DNA of 52,842 nucleotides from a virus (IMGVR_UViG_3300006153_000005), one strand, 5' to 3'. Counted from the stretch's first letter, positions 1 to 10,036 are shown. Program-made: numbers and translations. The notes: a model not told the origin generated them from the letters alone.

Positions 1-443
1 AACTTCCCATTGCCCGCCGCTGCCAAAGTAATTCCAGATACATCACCGACCGCCACAGGGTTGGGCGTCGCACTAAACTCATCGTCGGCGCTATCTGTAT
101 ATGCACTTGAAGTGGTGTACGGGAAAAACTTGTAGAAATACTCCACACCATCTGTCAAACCGCTATCACAGAAATAGCTGTTCTGATAAGCGTTTCTGGT
201 CTTGCTGTCTAAAACGACAGTACCGTCTCTGCGGCTCACCGGCGCACTACCCGCCTTGCGAACCAAAAGGGTTCCTCCCCAGCTTGCCAAAGGCGAACCG
301 GCAACAACCAGATCGTCAGGATCTGTCCATTTAACATAGACCTTTCCCGCCGCTGTCAATGTCTGAATGCCCGAAACTGCGGCCAGAGCAAGACCGCCGC
401 CGCTGCCGCCGCTGCCAGACGGGAAATTTCCAATAATAGGCAT
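1..443 (-). CDS. Tail fibre/receptor-binding protein, N-terminal part (fibronectin-III-like domain); runs off the left edge; missing from the ORF track
   Basis: ATG at 443 after RBS (AAGGAGGT); open frame to the window edge: MPIIGNFPSGSGGSGGGLALAAVSGIQTLTAAGKVYVKWTDPDD...DSGLTDGVEYFYKFFPY; position at the end of the tail operon. Confidence 0.75.
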   Translation of the reverse strand, partial: MPIIGNFPSGSGGSGGGLALAAVSGIQTLTAAGKVYVKWTDPDDLVVAGSPLASWGGTLLVRKAGSAPVSRRDGTVVLDSKTRNAYQNSYFCDSGLTDGVEYFYKFFPYTTSSAYTDSADDEFSATPNPVAVGDVSGITLAAAGNGK

Positions 444-461
444 AGTAACCTCCTTCTTTCT

Positions 462-866
462 TTATCCCAAAAGAATGATGATGACTGGGATATCACAATA
501 GGGCTTATCACCATTAGCAAAAATGGTTAGCGCACCATCAGTCTGGTCGCCAACCATCAGCTCTGCCATATAAACAGCATCAGTCTGTTCAAGTGTAAGA
601 TTTTGTCCAACACCAATAATGCCGTTTGTATCAGGTGTAAGCCCCTCGATTTCCAAAGTCTGTGAATACTTTGAACCTGTCCAAACCCAATCGGAAGATG
701 TTAATGAAGCCTGGAATGACTGACTTTTGATTGCTTTTTCAGCCAAGACCTCATCAATCATCTCCATATTGGAATTGACCAGGCCGTTTAGTTTTTCCCG
801 CCACTCTTTGAACTTGGCGGTATCATCTCCTTCGAGATAGAATCCATAGTTTTTTGTCGCGCTCAT
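462..866 (-). CDS. Tail-tip/fibre-associated protein; C-terminal domain paralogous to 884..1324
   Basis: ORF with RBS; shares EIEGLT...NG(I/V)(I/V)G...GDKP.DIP motif with the neighbouring gene. Confidence 0.6.
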   Translation of the reverse strand: MSATKNYGFYLEGDDTAKFKEWREKLNGLVNSNMEMIDEVLAEKAIKSQSFQASLTSSDWVWTGSKYSQTLEIEGLTPDTNGIIGVGQNLTLEQTDAVYMAELMVGDQTDGALTIFANGDKPYCDIPVIIILLG

Positions 867-883
867 ATTCCTTCCTCCTCTCG

Positions 884-1324
884 TTAATCGAGCAGGATAA
901 GGGTAATCGGGATGTCGTATGTCGGTTTATCACCACCATACGCAACCGTAAAAGACCCATCGGCCTGGCCGCAGATATACAGCTCCGCACTTGCCACAGT
1001 CTCACGTTCCGCCGTTGAAATGTCTTGAGATAAACCGACTACACCATTTTGATTTGCAGTTAGCCCCTCAATCTCAACAATTTGACGATTGTTTTCCCAT
1101 CCGGCAACGGTCAGTGTCGCATTGACTGAGCGACTAATTTCCCCAGAGATTCCGGGCAAATTTTCCACTTTATCGGACAAAGCGCCAATTTGTTGCGCCT
1201 GCTCTTCGATTGCATCAGCGGCGGTCTTAGCGACCTGACCGATCAAGGCGCTTTCCCGCAATCCAAACTGTTTCAAGTGCTCCAAATATGGAACCTTATT
1301 CACTGCCACAAGATTCACCTCCAC
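884..1324 (-). CDS. Tail-tip/fibre-associated protein; paralog of 462..866
   Basis: GTG start with RBS; shared C-terminal domain; tail operon context. Confidence 0.6.
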   Translation of the reverse strand: MEVNLVAVNKVPYLEHLKQFGLRESALIGQVAKTAADAIEEQAQQIGALSDKVENLPGISGEISRSVNATLTVAGWENNRQIVEIEGLTANQNGVVGLSQDISTAERETVASAELYICGQADGSFTVAYGGDKPTYDIPITLILLD

Positions 1325-1338
1325 CTATCCTAAATACA

Positions 1339-1368
1339 AAAGAGGAACGGCATATGCCGTTCCTCTTT
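1339..1368 (-). terminator. Intrinsic terminator (likely bidirectional)
   Basis: 12-bp inverted repeat AAAGAGGAACGG/CCGTTCCTCTTT, followed on the minus strand by a T-rich tract. Confidence 0.75.
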
Positions 1369-1387
1369 ATACAGCCATTATCTGAAA

Positions 1388-2170
1388 TTAGGCGCTAACC
1401 TCCGGAGTATCAGGAACACCGAAGATTTCATCCAGCATTTCCTTGACCTCAGCATCAGTGGCGATCTCCACCACGGTCACATCGGCACCGTCAACGCTGA
1501 TTGCACCAGCGGTAGTGCTTGCTTCAACCTTAGAAAAATCAGTAGCAGACTTGCCGCTGTCGGTCAAATTGCCATTAGCATCCAGGCCGGCAAAGTTGCC
1601 AGCGATAGCGCTGCCGACCTTATCAGCCTTGCCAGTGATATCAACCACATCGGACTTAGGCACATACAGGCCATCGTCTTTCTTCACCAGGGCGTTGTTT
1701 GCCTCAGCGGAGATATTCACATCCACGCTGATCTCATAGCCGCTCACAGTCACGGTAGCAGTGCCATCACCAGCCTTGGCCTTATAGGTGTCCACCAGAG
1801 CGGCCATATTTAGGAAAGAGTAGGTAATCGCATCGCTCCCGCCCTTGACGGCCAAAACCATAACAGGCTTGCCCTCCAGATTAGGGTCGGTCGCCCCAGC
1901 ATAAGTATCTGCATCAAAAGCAAACTCGCTCACAAACTGGGTCTTAGTCTGATCCAGGAACAGCTCTGTAGGGAAATCAAAGCTGAACGCAGGGGTGCCG
2001 CTCTTATCCTCGGTGGTGTACAGCTTGACGGTATTACCCGCCACCTCACCAGACTTAAACGACGTTGCAAGGCTGGCAATCTCTTCCTTAGTAGCAAAGT
2101 TTTCATTGATAGTGGTCGCCAAGGTCTTCAAATCCTGTAGTCTGGTCAGTTTCTTCACATCGTAACTCAT
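1388..2170 (-). CDS. Virion structural/tail-fibre-associated protein
   Basis: 260-aa ORF with RBS; acidic; C-terminal ATDAEVKEMLDEIFG motif shared with the next gene. Confidence 0.55.
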   Translation of the reverse strand: MSYDVKKLTRLQDLKTLATTINENFATKEEIASLATSFKSGEVAGNTVKLYTTEDKSGTPAFSFDFPTELFLDQTKTQFVSEFAFDADTYAGATDPNLEGKPVMVLAVKGGSDAITYSFLNMAALVDTYKAKAGDGTATVTVSGYEISVDVNISAEANNALVKKDDGLYVPKSDVVDITGKADKVGSAIAGNFAGLDANGNLTDSGKSATDFSKVEASTTAGAISVDGADVTVVEIATDAEVKEMLDEIFGVPDTPEVSA

Positions 2171-2222
2171 TGTCTTTTCCTCCTTGTTTTGTCATAGGTT
2201 TGTATTTTCTATCAGTTGACGG

Positions 2223-2645
2223 TCAACGACCGAAAACTTCTTTCAACATTTCTGCCACCTCCGCATCGGTGACAACCTGGTTTTCGTCTATGGTGCCATC
2301 TCCACTTTGTTCACCAAAGACTTCTCCAAGCATTTCATTGACTTCCTCGTCCGTTGTTACATCAGAGGGTTTAACACCGTCCCCATTTAGATCAACAGGA
2401 TCTGGAACCTTGTCGGGCGCTTTCTCAATCGTGAATGAAAGAACCTTTTTATCGTCGATATGGGGCACATATACTGCACCATCCGCACCGACGATTCTGC
2501 CAAGATTTTTTACTCGCCCATTATCCAGAGTAACGACTAACTCTCCACTGTCGTTAATTTCTAAGGAAGCAATGCCAACGCCATCTTTACCGCCAGAGCC
2601 ACTGCCTGCAATAAGCAAAGCGTCTCTTAAACTCAAATCTGCCAT
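2223..2645 (-). CDS. Tail-fibre-associated protein
   Basis: GKDGVGIASLEINDSGELVVTLDNG segment typical of phage fibre proteins; two xDxEVxEMLxEVFG repeats. Confidence 0.55.
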   Translation of the reverse strand: MADLSLRDALLIAGSGSGGKDGVGIASLEINDSGELVVTLDNGRVKNLGRIVGADGAVYVPHIDDKKVLSFTIEKAPDKVPDPVDLNGDGVKPSDVTTDEEVNEMLGEVFGEQSGDGTIDENQVVTDAEVAEMLKEVFGR

Positions 2646-2660
2646 CGTCGCACCTCCTCC

Positions 2661-2951
2661 CTAAAACATATAGTAAATATTAACATTTACCGTTTCTAAA
2701 AATTCCAGCGATGTAATATCAATCTGGTTCATACCCAACTCAAAAACGCCAGTAAACAACGGGATTTCCTTCCCGTTAATTTTTACTACTGTACCGGCAG
2801 GACAGGAGATACCGAACTTTTTCAGCACCATGTCCCCATATTTCAAAATGCTGTTCGGGTTATCCCTGATTTCGTTCTTTTTGAACGTCTCCAGCATATT
2901 GACGCCAGGTGTAACAGTTCCATTGAAGCTACCCAAATGCGCCTGAGACAT
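2661..2951 (-). CDS. Hypothetical protein (tail region)
   Basis: Start re-assigned to ATG 2951 (MSQAHLG) behind RBS GGAGGT. Confidence 0.55.
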   Translation of the reverse strand: MSQAHLGSFNGTVTPGVNMLETFKKNEIRDNPNSILKYGDMVLKKFGISCPAGTVVKINGKEIPLFTGVFELGMNQIDITSLEFLETVNVNIYYMF

Positions 2952-2976
2952 ATTTGACCTCCTTCCATCCATCAAC

Positions 2977-3909
2977 TCATGTAAGCTCGACCCAATCAAG
3001 CTCGTTAAGTGTCATATCGTCAATATCTCTTAACTCCAAATCATCAATTTCTCTAAGAAGTCGATATCGCTTTAGCCCAAAGTTTGCATCAGCAACATCA
3101 AGTGCCATACCGCAATCAGAAAGGTATAGCACTTTCACCAGCGTTCCTGTTGCACTCTCCATGAGCTGGATAATTGCCTCTGCTCTTTCAAACTTCTGAG
3201 AATTTGTCCCTTTCACATTAGCACCAATAGCAAGACCGTTATACCATCTACCAAGTGAATGCCGTATTTCTGTGCCGACGACCATTGCCATAAGTTCAAA
3301 TGCCGCACTCGCCTCAATCGTTAGTTGGTAACAAAGACTTTGAAGAGTCGCGCCCATTTCCAGTGCCGTATCTGTTTCAATGTAATTCCGCTGATTGACT
3401 TCACGAATATCGGAATCAAGAAAGAAACCGCTGTCGGCTCTAATCAAACTTGTCTTTTTAGTTCCTATCACATCTGCATTAAGCAGTAATGCCAAATTCA
3501 CTTTACCGGCAGACAACGCCACCTGCGTATCAATGTCTCCAGCAGTTAGGATAAGTCCATTGTTGAACTCATTCATAACCAGTTCGATAGTCTCTACAGC
3601 TGGTGTATCAAAAACGATTGGATCGTTTTGAATGTACAGGTTGTTATGCACCTCAATTTCTGCCGAAGCACCAAATGTCATCTCGATGCTCAACCGCTCT
3701 TTGCACAATTTTATCATCTCATCAATATGTGCAGTAAGCAGTGATCCAGTTTGAACCGCCACAAATTTATAAAGCGAATAGCTTTCAAGCGCAGCATTCA
3801 AAATAAGGCGATCTGTCACAGAGATACCGTCACGATATGGAATGGAGTAGATAAGCAAATCACATTCGATAATGTGCTTTTTCAAAAAAATATCAAACTC
3901 CTTTGACAT
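2977..3909 (-). CDS. Hypothetical virion/baseplate protein
   Basis: 310-aa ORF in tail operon with RBS. Confidence 0.55.
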   Translation of the reverse strand: MSKEFDIFLKKHIIECDLLIYSIPYRDGISVTDRLILNAALESYSLYKFVAVQTGSLLTAHIDEMIKLCKERLSIEMTFGASAEIEVHNNLYIQNDPIVFDTPAVETIELVMNEFNNGLILTAGDIDTQVALSAGKVNLALLLNADVIGTKKTSLIRADSGFFLDSDIREVNQRNYIETDTALEMGATLQSLCYQLTIEASAAFELMAMVVGTEIRHSLGRWYNGLAIGANVKGTNSQKFERAEAIIQLMESATGTLVKVLYLSDCGMALDVADANFGLKRYRLLREIDDLELRDIDDMTLNELDWVELT

Positions 3910-3933
3910 AGATCTACCCCACCTTTCTTTCTA

Positions 3934-4335
3934 TCACGTCGGGTTTTGCACAGACAGGTTCAGATATCCAGCCTTAATGGTCATAATAGTAGCCGCCTCC
4001 ACAGAGCGAGGAGTTGACAGTGCTCCATACTGAAGCAGATTTCCTCCATTCTGGGCGTCAAACACAACAAAATGTGTCACCGTACCCCAGCTTGCGGTAC
4101 TTTCGTTAAAATCAATGTTTGCTTCGTTTGTAACAACACCAGAAGCAGGTTCACTCAGCATATCGAGCTTAACCCTCGCATAGCCAGCACTACCAACCGG
4201 CTCGGAAACATTCGTACCGTTGAGATTGGGTGCAGTAGTGCTTAGGCCAATCCAGTATTCTGTAGGAATGGCCGGAGTTTCCTTCGTCCGATAAATATTA
4301 CCGGCAGCAAGATTCAGAAAATATGTCGTAGTCAT
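3934..4335 (-). CDS. Conserved phage tail-tip/fibre-base protein
   Basis: YWIGLSTTAP...GYARV...WGTVTHFVVFDAQNGGNLL pattern typical of small siphophage tail proteins. Confidence 0.65.
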   Translation of the reverse strand: MTTTYFLNLAAGNIYRTKETPAIPTEYWIGLSTTAPNLNGTNVSEPVGSAGYARVKLDMLSEPASGVVTNEANIDFNESTASWGTVTHFVVFDAQNGGNLLQYGALSTPRSVEAATIMTIKAGYLNLSVQNPT

Positions 4336-4384
4336 TTTGCATCCTCCTTGTTCTTTAATTTGTGTAACGCTATCAGATCATCTA

Positions 4385-4771
4385 CTATCGAATAAATGCT
4401 TGGTTAATATTTTTGATAATATGAATCAGCCCATGATTGGGAATTTCAACTTCACCAGAAATATCACGGATGGTAATTTGGTAGATATACTTACCCGCAG
4501 GCAGATTCACCGTCTCATCCGCCTCTAACGTAACACAAACCACATTGTTTACATCACCGTCTCTATTTGGATCTGGTCTAATCTCCATTTGCTTTGATAG
4601 GAGCGGCTTACCATTTTTATTTACAAAATTGATAATAGAAAAGTCCGCTACACAAGCGGACAAATCCTGTGGTTTCTTCGTTTTGAAAAAATAGCAATGA
4701 AAGATCAGATCCTGAGTCGATCCACCAACAAAATCAAATGCTGGTAGTGTATATGGGTTTGGAATGTGCAT
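4385..4771 (-). CDS. BppU-N-like baseplate/Ig-fold protein
   Basis: V.L...ET.NLPAGKYIYQITI pattern resembling BppU N-terminal domains; position after Tal. Confidence 0.5.
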   Translation of the reverse strand: MHIPNPYTLPAFDFVGGSTQDLIFHCYFFKTKKPQDLSACVADFSIINFVNKNGKPLLSKQMEIRPDPNRDGDVNNVVCVTLEADETVNLPAGKYIYQITIRDISGEVEIPNHGLIHIIKNINQAFIR

Positions 4772-4783
4772 ATCATCCCCTCC

Positions 4784-4981
4784 TTATTCTTCCGTTTTGC
4801 TTTGCTCCTCCTCCGATGCGTTCTCTGCCTCAATATCCTTTTGAAGCTCTTGCACTAAAAAACGCAGTTCCTTCAAAGTATCGCCCATCATAATAGCACC
4901 ATCACCACAGACTTGAATCTGTGCCAAACAGTTATGAATATTTGCGATATGCTGTACGATTTCAATTTTTGTCATTTTCAT
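4784..4981 (-). CDS. Small hypothetical protein
   Basis: 65-aa ORF with RBS GGAGGG, tightly packed in operon. Confidence 0.55.
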   Translation of the reverse strand: MKMTKIEIVQHIANIHNCLAQIQVCGDGAIMMGDTLKELRFLVQELQKDIEAENASEEEQSKTEE

Positions 4982-4989
4982 TACCCTCC

Positions 4990-5628
4990 TTAGTCGTTAA
5001 GCCAGTAATTCATGCAGCTTGTCAAAGTAGTAAAATACCAGCCGTACACGGTATCACCACGAAAAACAGTGTCAATTCCTGTTGAATAATGTAGTCCTAT
5101 ATTGTATCGAAGCGAATTGAATTTTGTTGCGGTTAAAGTCCTACTTCCAGAACTCATCAATGTACCTGCATATGAAGCGAATCTGTTGTTCCAAGAAAGA
5201 CCTTTGGCATCAAGGATTTCTTTAACCTTATTCACCATATCGTTCCATACAAGATATGAAAAACCGCTTACTTTGCCCTTATTTCTAACGGCAGAGTAAG
5301 CGGCGCTTGTTTGCGAAGCTGAGGCGTCTCCATTCGATCTTGACCAAGACCATGGCTCAACCTTTATCTCTGGACTATCCGTGGTAAAGTATCTTGTGCC
5401 AATCCATGTTGTATCGTCCAATTTGACATTGCAAGCATAGTCGGTGCTTGGCTTCAAACCACTAAACGACCTGGAAAGCGAAGACGAAGTAGCAGTATAT
5501 GTTCGGTCTACATAGACTGTACTTCCAGGATCTATTCTTACATAAAACCGAACTTTTTGCCCACTTTTCAACCCAGACACTCGCATCGTAACAGTGGTGT
5601 CGGTGCAAGATACAGTAAATGAAGCCAA
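4990..5628 (-). CDS. Tail protein with N-terminal fibronectin-III-like domain
   Basis: SFSGLKPSTDYACNV FN3 signature; position immediately after Tal. Confidence 0.6.
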   Translation of the reverse strand: MASFTVSCTDTTVTMRVSGLKSGQKVRFYVRIDPGSTVYVDRTYTATSSSLSRSFSGLKPSTDYACNVKLDDTTWIGTRYFTTDSPEIKVEPWSWSRSNGDASASQTSAAYSAVRNKGKVSGFSYLVWNDMVNKVKEILDAKGLSWNNRFASYAGTLMSSGSRTLTATKFNSLRYNIGLHYSTGIDTVFRGDTVYGWYFTTLTSCMNYWLND

Positions 5629-5642
5629 TTAACTCACCTGCC

Positions 5643-8600
5643 TTATCCGAATGTTGCCTCTAATGAGAGTCCTTCAATATGGGCGTTTTGGAAATTCAAA
5701 TACCCAGAAAAAGTAGTTCGTGGAAAAGCCCAGTAAGCATATGCACCATCTGGACTCCAGAACTCAACTTCCGGCCCGAAGCCAGTGTCAATGTAAGAAA
5801 TTGAAAGCATCTTGTAGAGATAGTTCCCAAAATAACCATACATACTGTATCCGCCAGTCCATTTACTATACCCAGCGGCATTTTTAGGTTTAACAATAAA
5901 CTCATCTGCGTAAATCGTTGGGCTGTAGATCTCAGTTCCATTGATAAATGTTCCGTTGTTGAACTCACCATTAGCAATTTTTCTTGCCAGTTTTTCAGCG
6001 TCAGAAGCATCTCTTGCGGCGGCTGCAGCATCCTCAGCGGCATCAGCAGCGGCATCATATGCGCCGTTAATTGTGTTTTGCAAGCTATAATTTAGATTGC
6101 TCCACTTAATTGCACCATTACTCAATGTCAGATTTCCAGTCATACTAACATTGCCAGCAGAATCCACCTTAAATTTCGGGTTAGATTTATTCGGAACATA
6201 AATAGCTGGGCCGATAATTTCTGCACCAGCAAGAGCTGTCAACGACCCACTGAGCTTTGCAGCGCTCAATGTTCCGCTGAAATCACCGTTCTTAGCGTGA
6301 AAATCACCGTTTTTCTTAACCCAAAACGGAGCGATAGAAGGATTACTTGCGCCCGCCCACAAAGCGTATTCTGAGTAATAGCTTGTTCCTCCGTTGATAG
6401 CTACACGTGTATTGCCTGACCCAGAATAAAGGTAGCTGTCAGCAATCGTAAATCCGCCAATCGTACCGCTCTTGGCGATCAGTTTTCCACGGAAGTAGGC
6501 ATTGCCAGTATTTACATCCAAATAGAAGTTCGCATTTGCCGGCATTCCCTCAGAGTCATAGGTAATACTGCCGGCCTTGTCCAGAAATTCAGGTGTCACA
6601 GTAGTACCATTTGTATTGAACAGGAGCTTTGTACCAGCCACAATACCATAATCGGGATCTACGATGATAAGTCCGTTGTTGCTCTGCAAAACAATCCGTG
6701 AATTATACAGCCATGCTCCGGTGCTATCCACTTGAAACATCATGGTGCCAGTCACGTTTCCATTTTCGTCAATCAACGGATTTTGAAGTACAAGGTTATT
6801 GCCGATAATCAGCTTACCAGCAATTAGTTCCGCGTTAACACCCCACTGCACTCCGGTTTCGGGAGACGCAAAGCGTCCAATCGCCAATTTTGCTGTTTTC
6901 CAGCCGTCATCTGTCATGGCAATCATATTGTCGATGATCCGCATCTGATATTTGGAATCACCACCAACATGAATGCCTGAACCGTTAAAGACAACCGTTT
7001 GGTTTTTCGCTGAAAGCACTGCGTCAACAGCACCTTTTTGCAAATCGTTCATAAAAATGTCGATCTCGGTTGCTTTGTCAGCAGTACGGTTATAGATATA
7101 CTTGCTGGCGTCAAAACTTCGGCTTGAACGAGTGGAGTTTCTGATATCCTCTGTCCAACTCTCCGCCCCATTCCGCAAACGGTAGCGGTTAGAAAACACC
7201 AGCTTGAACTCATTGATTTTCTCAAAGTTCAGCTCAAAACCGATAATCTTTGGCTTAACCAATCCCTCACTGCCCAATTCTAAATAGACCGCCTTGCCAA
7301 GTTCCAGCCTATTTTTGAACGGTTCAAATTTCTCGTGGTAAAGGAAATTGGCGCTATCTACGCTAAACTCATACACAGGCCATGCGTAATCGGAAAGAAC
7401 ATCCGTACCAAAGTCGTATAGCTCCATTGCAACAGAATATTGTTGAAACTCACTCACATTTACTGTAAAATATGAATCAGCATTGCTTGTACTGAAGCTC
7501 AGTCTTGTTCCTTTATATTCTGTAATTCCTTGCTCCGTCCTCACAGAAATATCACTGGAAAACCGTGATAACCTGCCAGCGATGGTCAAAAGTCCACTGC
7601 TAAATTTCCGATTGTTGTAGTTCGTATTTCCCAGATAGGCCGTCAATACATAGCTGCTGTCACCCTTTACATCCAAAGTGCCCCGCACGATTTCAGCGGA
7701 GACACCAGCGTTTCCAACCGTAACAGTACCGCCGGCCAAAGTGTACATTGTTTTTGCAAACTGGCTCAGTTCCACTCGTGCGATATTTGAAGCATTTATG
7801 GACACAGTGCCGCTTACCTTAGAAATTGCACCTGCCGCAGAAGTGTCCACATCCGTAGCAACAAATGTTTCCTCCTCTACGGTGCTTTCAATAAAATACT
7901 GGTTGAGGATTTTCTGTTCCTCCTGTGTGAAGTATGATGAAAATTCCAATCGTCCAGTAAGCCGTTTGATATCATTCATGTAGCTGTCAATTTCAACTTG
8001 TAGAGAGTTGATTTTGGCCTGTTGTGTGTCGATCTCATTCTGTTTTGCGGCAATCTGAGAATTGATACGATCCAAGTTTGCCTGTTGTGTTTGCTGTCCT
8101 CTTGCAGTGGTTTCTAGGGAAAACGCCTGAATAGTTACACTTTGCTGTGCTACCAGACTCTCCATCTCACCGTTCAATTCTACAAGATCGGACTCGGCCA
8201 TCAATTTCTGTGCTGTCAAAGAAGCCCGTGACGCAGCCAGCCCAGTATAATACTGCTGGTTCTCCGCAATTTCCAGCTGCCATCCCCGCACGCGGTCTGC
8301 CAATGTGGTATTGCTGTTCCCTACTTTGATGTCCAGATCCCCATTATAGAGAAAATAGCTCAAGTCCACAAGGTAGTCTGTCCCTGTGGGGTTTACATCC
8401 CGCACCGACAGACCATCCGAACCATAGAGATGTAGCTTTGTTACCATCTCCTCTGGGATTTCCTCAACACTAACTGCATCGACCAGATTGTTATAATTCA
8501 AATAGATGGGTAGGGTTTCCGGATTTTCGTTGGCATCATATACATTGATACTCTTATCGTACACATCAAACACAATGACACAGCGATACTTTTCCATGGC

Positions 8601-9122
8601 GTCTTCGTAACAAAAACCCAGAGCATCACTATCATACTGGTCAAATGTGCGGTAGCACCCAATCAGCCTTGGGGCCACATAGCCCACGTGCCATGTCCGA
8701 TCCAATTCTAAAATACGACCCAAAATCGTATCTGCTGAATTGACTGGATTCCAGAAATTATAAGTACCTTCTTCTAAAAATAGGTTTTTCTTCTGGAAAA
8801 GATATTCCAAAGAATATCCTGTAACGGTCTTTATTTCTGACACGCCATTGCCCTCTTTACTGGGAGAAGTCAACACATAGATGCCAAACTCCTCTGTATA
8901 AACCACCTTGAAACTTGAAACAGCGGCATAAAGGGGGTTGAGCATTCCATTTACTTGATACGGGATTGTAAATGAAATCGTGCTCAACTCTGCATAGTTG
9001 ATTGCAAAATTCAAATCATGTACATATGGAATTGGGCCAAGCTCTTTTCCGGCCAGAGTGCGAAGCCGAAGCATAGGCTGTTTTCTCTGTCCACTTTTAA
9101 TTTTGGCATAGTTTAGATACAT
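5643..9122 (-). CDS. Tail spike/Tal (baseplate hub, endopeptidase-family) protein
   Basis: 1159 aa; follows Dit; central coiled coil; GVQWGVNAELIAGKLIIG and SGTIGGFTI motifs common in Firmicute phage Tal proteins. Confidence 0.8.
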   Translation of the reverse strand: MYLNYAKIKSGQRKQPMLRLRTLAGKELGPIPYVHDLNFAINYAELSTISFTIPYQVNGMLNPLYAAVSSFKVVYTEEFGIYVLTSPSKEGNGVSEIKTVTGYSLEYLFQKKNLFLEEGTYNFWNPVNSADTILGRILELDRTWHVGYVAPRLIGCYRTFDQYDSDALGFCYEDAMEKYRCVIVFDVYDKSINVYDANENPETLPIYLNYNNLVDAVSVEEIPEEMVTKLHLYGSDGLSVRDVNPTGTDYLVDLSYFLYNGDLDIKVGNSNTTLADRVRGWQLEIAENQQYYTGLAASRASLTAQKLMAESDLVELNGEMESLVAQQSVTIQAFSLETTARGQQTQQANLDRINSQIAAKQNEIDTQQAKINSLQVEIDSYMNDIKRLTGRLEFSSYFTQEEQKILNQYFIESTVEEETFVATDVDTSAAGAISKVSGTVSINASNIARVELSQFAKTMYTLAGGTVTVGNAGVSAEIVRGTLDVKGDSSYVLTAYLGNTNYNNRKFSSGLLTIAGRLSRFSSDISVRTEQGITEYKGTRLSFSTSNADSYFTVNVSEFQQYSVAMELYDFGTDVLSDYAWPVYEFSVDSANFLYHEKFEPFKNRLELGKAVYLELGSEGLVKPKIIGFELNFEKINEFKLVFSNRYRLRNGAESWTEDIRNSTRSSRSFDASKYIYNRTADKATEIDIFMNDLQKGAVDAVLSAKNQTVVFNGSGIHVGGDSKYQMRIIDNMIAMTDDGWKTAKLAIGRFASPETGVQWGVNAELIAGKLIIGNNLVLQNPLIDENGNVTGTMMFQVDSTGAWLYNSRIVLQSNNGLIIVDPDYGIVAGTKLLFNTNGTTVTPEFLDKAGSITYDSEGMPANANFYLDVNTGNAYFRGKLIAKSGTIGGFTIADSYLYSGSGNTRVAINGGTSYYSEYALWAGASNPSIAPFWVKKNGDFHAKNGDFSGTLSAAKLSGSLTALAGAEIIGPAIYVPNKSNPKFKVDSAGNVSMTGNLTLSNGAIKWSNLNYSLQNTINGAYDAAADAAEDAAAAARDASDAEKLARKIANGEFNNGTFINGTEIYSPTIYADEFIVKPKNAAGYSKWTGGYSMYGYFGNYLYKMLSISYIDTGFGPEVEFWSPDGAYAYWAFPRTTFSGYLNFQNAHIEGLSLEATFG

Positions 9123-9140
9123 CTCTGACCTCCTCTCTTG

Positions 9141-9935
9141 TTATGCTCCAACATTATACAAATAGCGTCCGCTGATTGTAACAGTCCCGCTTCCATCGAA
9201 AATCAATTCATTATCTCCCGATGCTACCTCAAAGAATTGAAAATTGAAAAAGCTGTACAAGTCATAGCCATCAGTTTTTTCCACCATGACTTCATTTTCA
9301 TTGTCGATAAGAATTTGCAACCCGCCAGCTGGAAGACCTGACAAACGGAGTGTCTGCTTTGTAGTCTTGTTTGTGATTGCAAAATTTGTACAACCAGCCG
9401 CCAATTCAATTTTCAAATCTGGCTTCAAATTCTCTTTGATTGTGCTGTCATTATAGAAACGATATTCTGTTGTACCGTTAATTTGAATACGTTCCTCAAA
9501 CGGATAACTGTATCCATACGGGCAATCACACAGTACCTGTGCCTCAAAAGCGATTGGTAGCCACCCCACGCTGATTGGTGTTAGCTTTTGAATCAGACAC
9601 CGAAACTGAATATGCTCCATATCTGGCTGATCAATAGAAAGCCATTGATACTCCTGATATCCAGTCAGCCAATTTGAAACCTCTTGCAACTGGTAGCGAT
9701 CCATGTACTGCTCACTTCCAAAAATAAGTGTAAAGCTCAAAGGCTGGTCGTGATACCGTACACCAAAATGCAGCGGAGTAATCCGATTCGCAATTCTTGT
9801 CTCTACGATGTTAGCCTGATTCCCAAAATCGTTGTTATTATGTTTGTTGCTACCGATATCAGCAACAAACATTCCATACAATGAAGCCGGAGTATCTGCA
9901 AAAGTAAACTCATAGGTTCTATACACCCGCCACAC
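9141..9935 (-). CDS. Distal tail protein (Dit)
   Basis: Between TMP and Tal; PLSFTLIF, CDCPYGY, GDNELIF motifs; true start may be GTG 9926 by RBS spacing. Confidence 0.8.
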   Translation of the reverse strand: MWRVYRTYEFTFADTPASLYGMFVADIGSNKHNNNDFGNQANIVETRIANRITPLHFGVRYHDQPLSFTLIFGSEQYMDRYQLQEVSNWLTGYQEYQWLSIDQPDMEHIQFRCLIQKLTPISVGWLPIAFEAQVLCDCPYGYSYPFEERIQINGTTEYRFYNDSTIKENLKPDLKIELAAGCTNFAITNKTTKQTLRLSGLPAGGLQILIDNENEVMVEKTDGYDLYSFFNFQFFEVASGDNELIFDGSGTVTISGRYLYNVGA

Positions 9936-10007
9936 CTCCTCTCATCAAACCCACTTGACAGGCGGGCATACCAGACATGTCACCGTCTGGGCGGCTTCGT
10001 CAGCCTA

Positions 10008-10036
10008 AAATGGGTGGGAAGAAAATCTCCCCACCC
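10008..10036 (-). terminator. Putative terminator/attenuator hairpin after tape measure gene
   Basis: GGGTGGG/CCCACCC stem followed by ATTTT on the minus strand. Confidence 0.45.

Noticed and set aside
9985-10010. Hammerhead core CUGACGA in the TMP-Dit spacer
   Set aside because: No GAAA and no stem II/III in the required order
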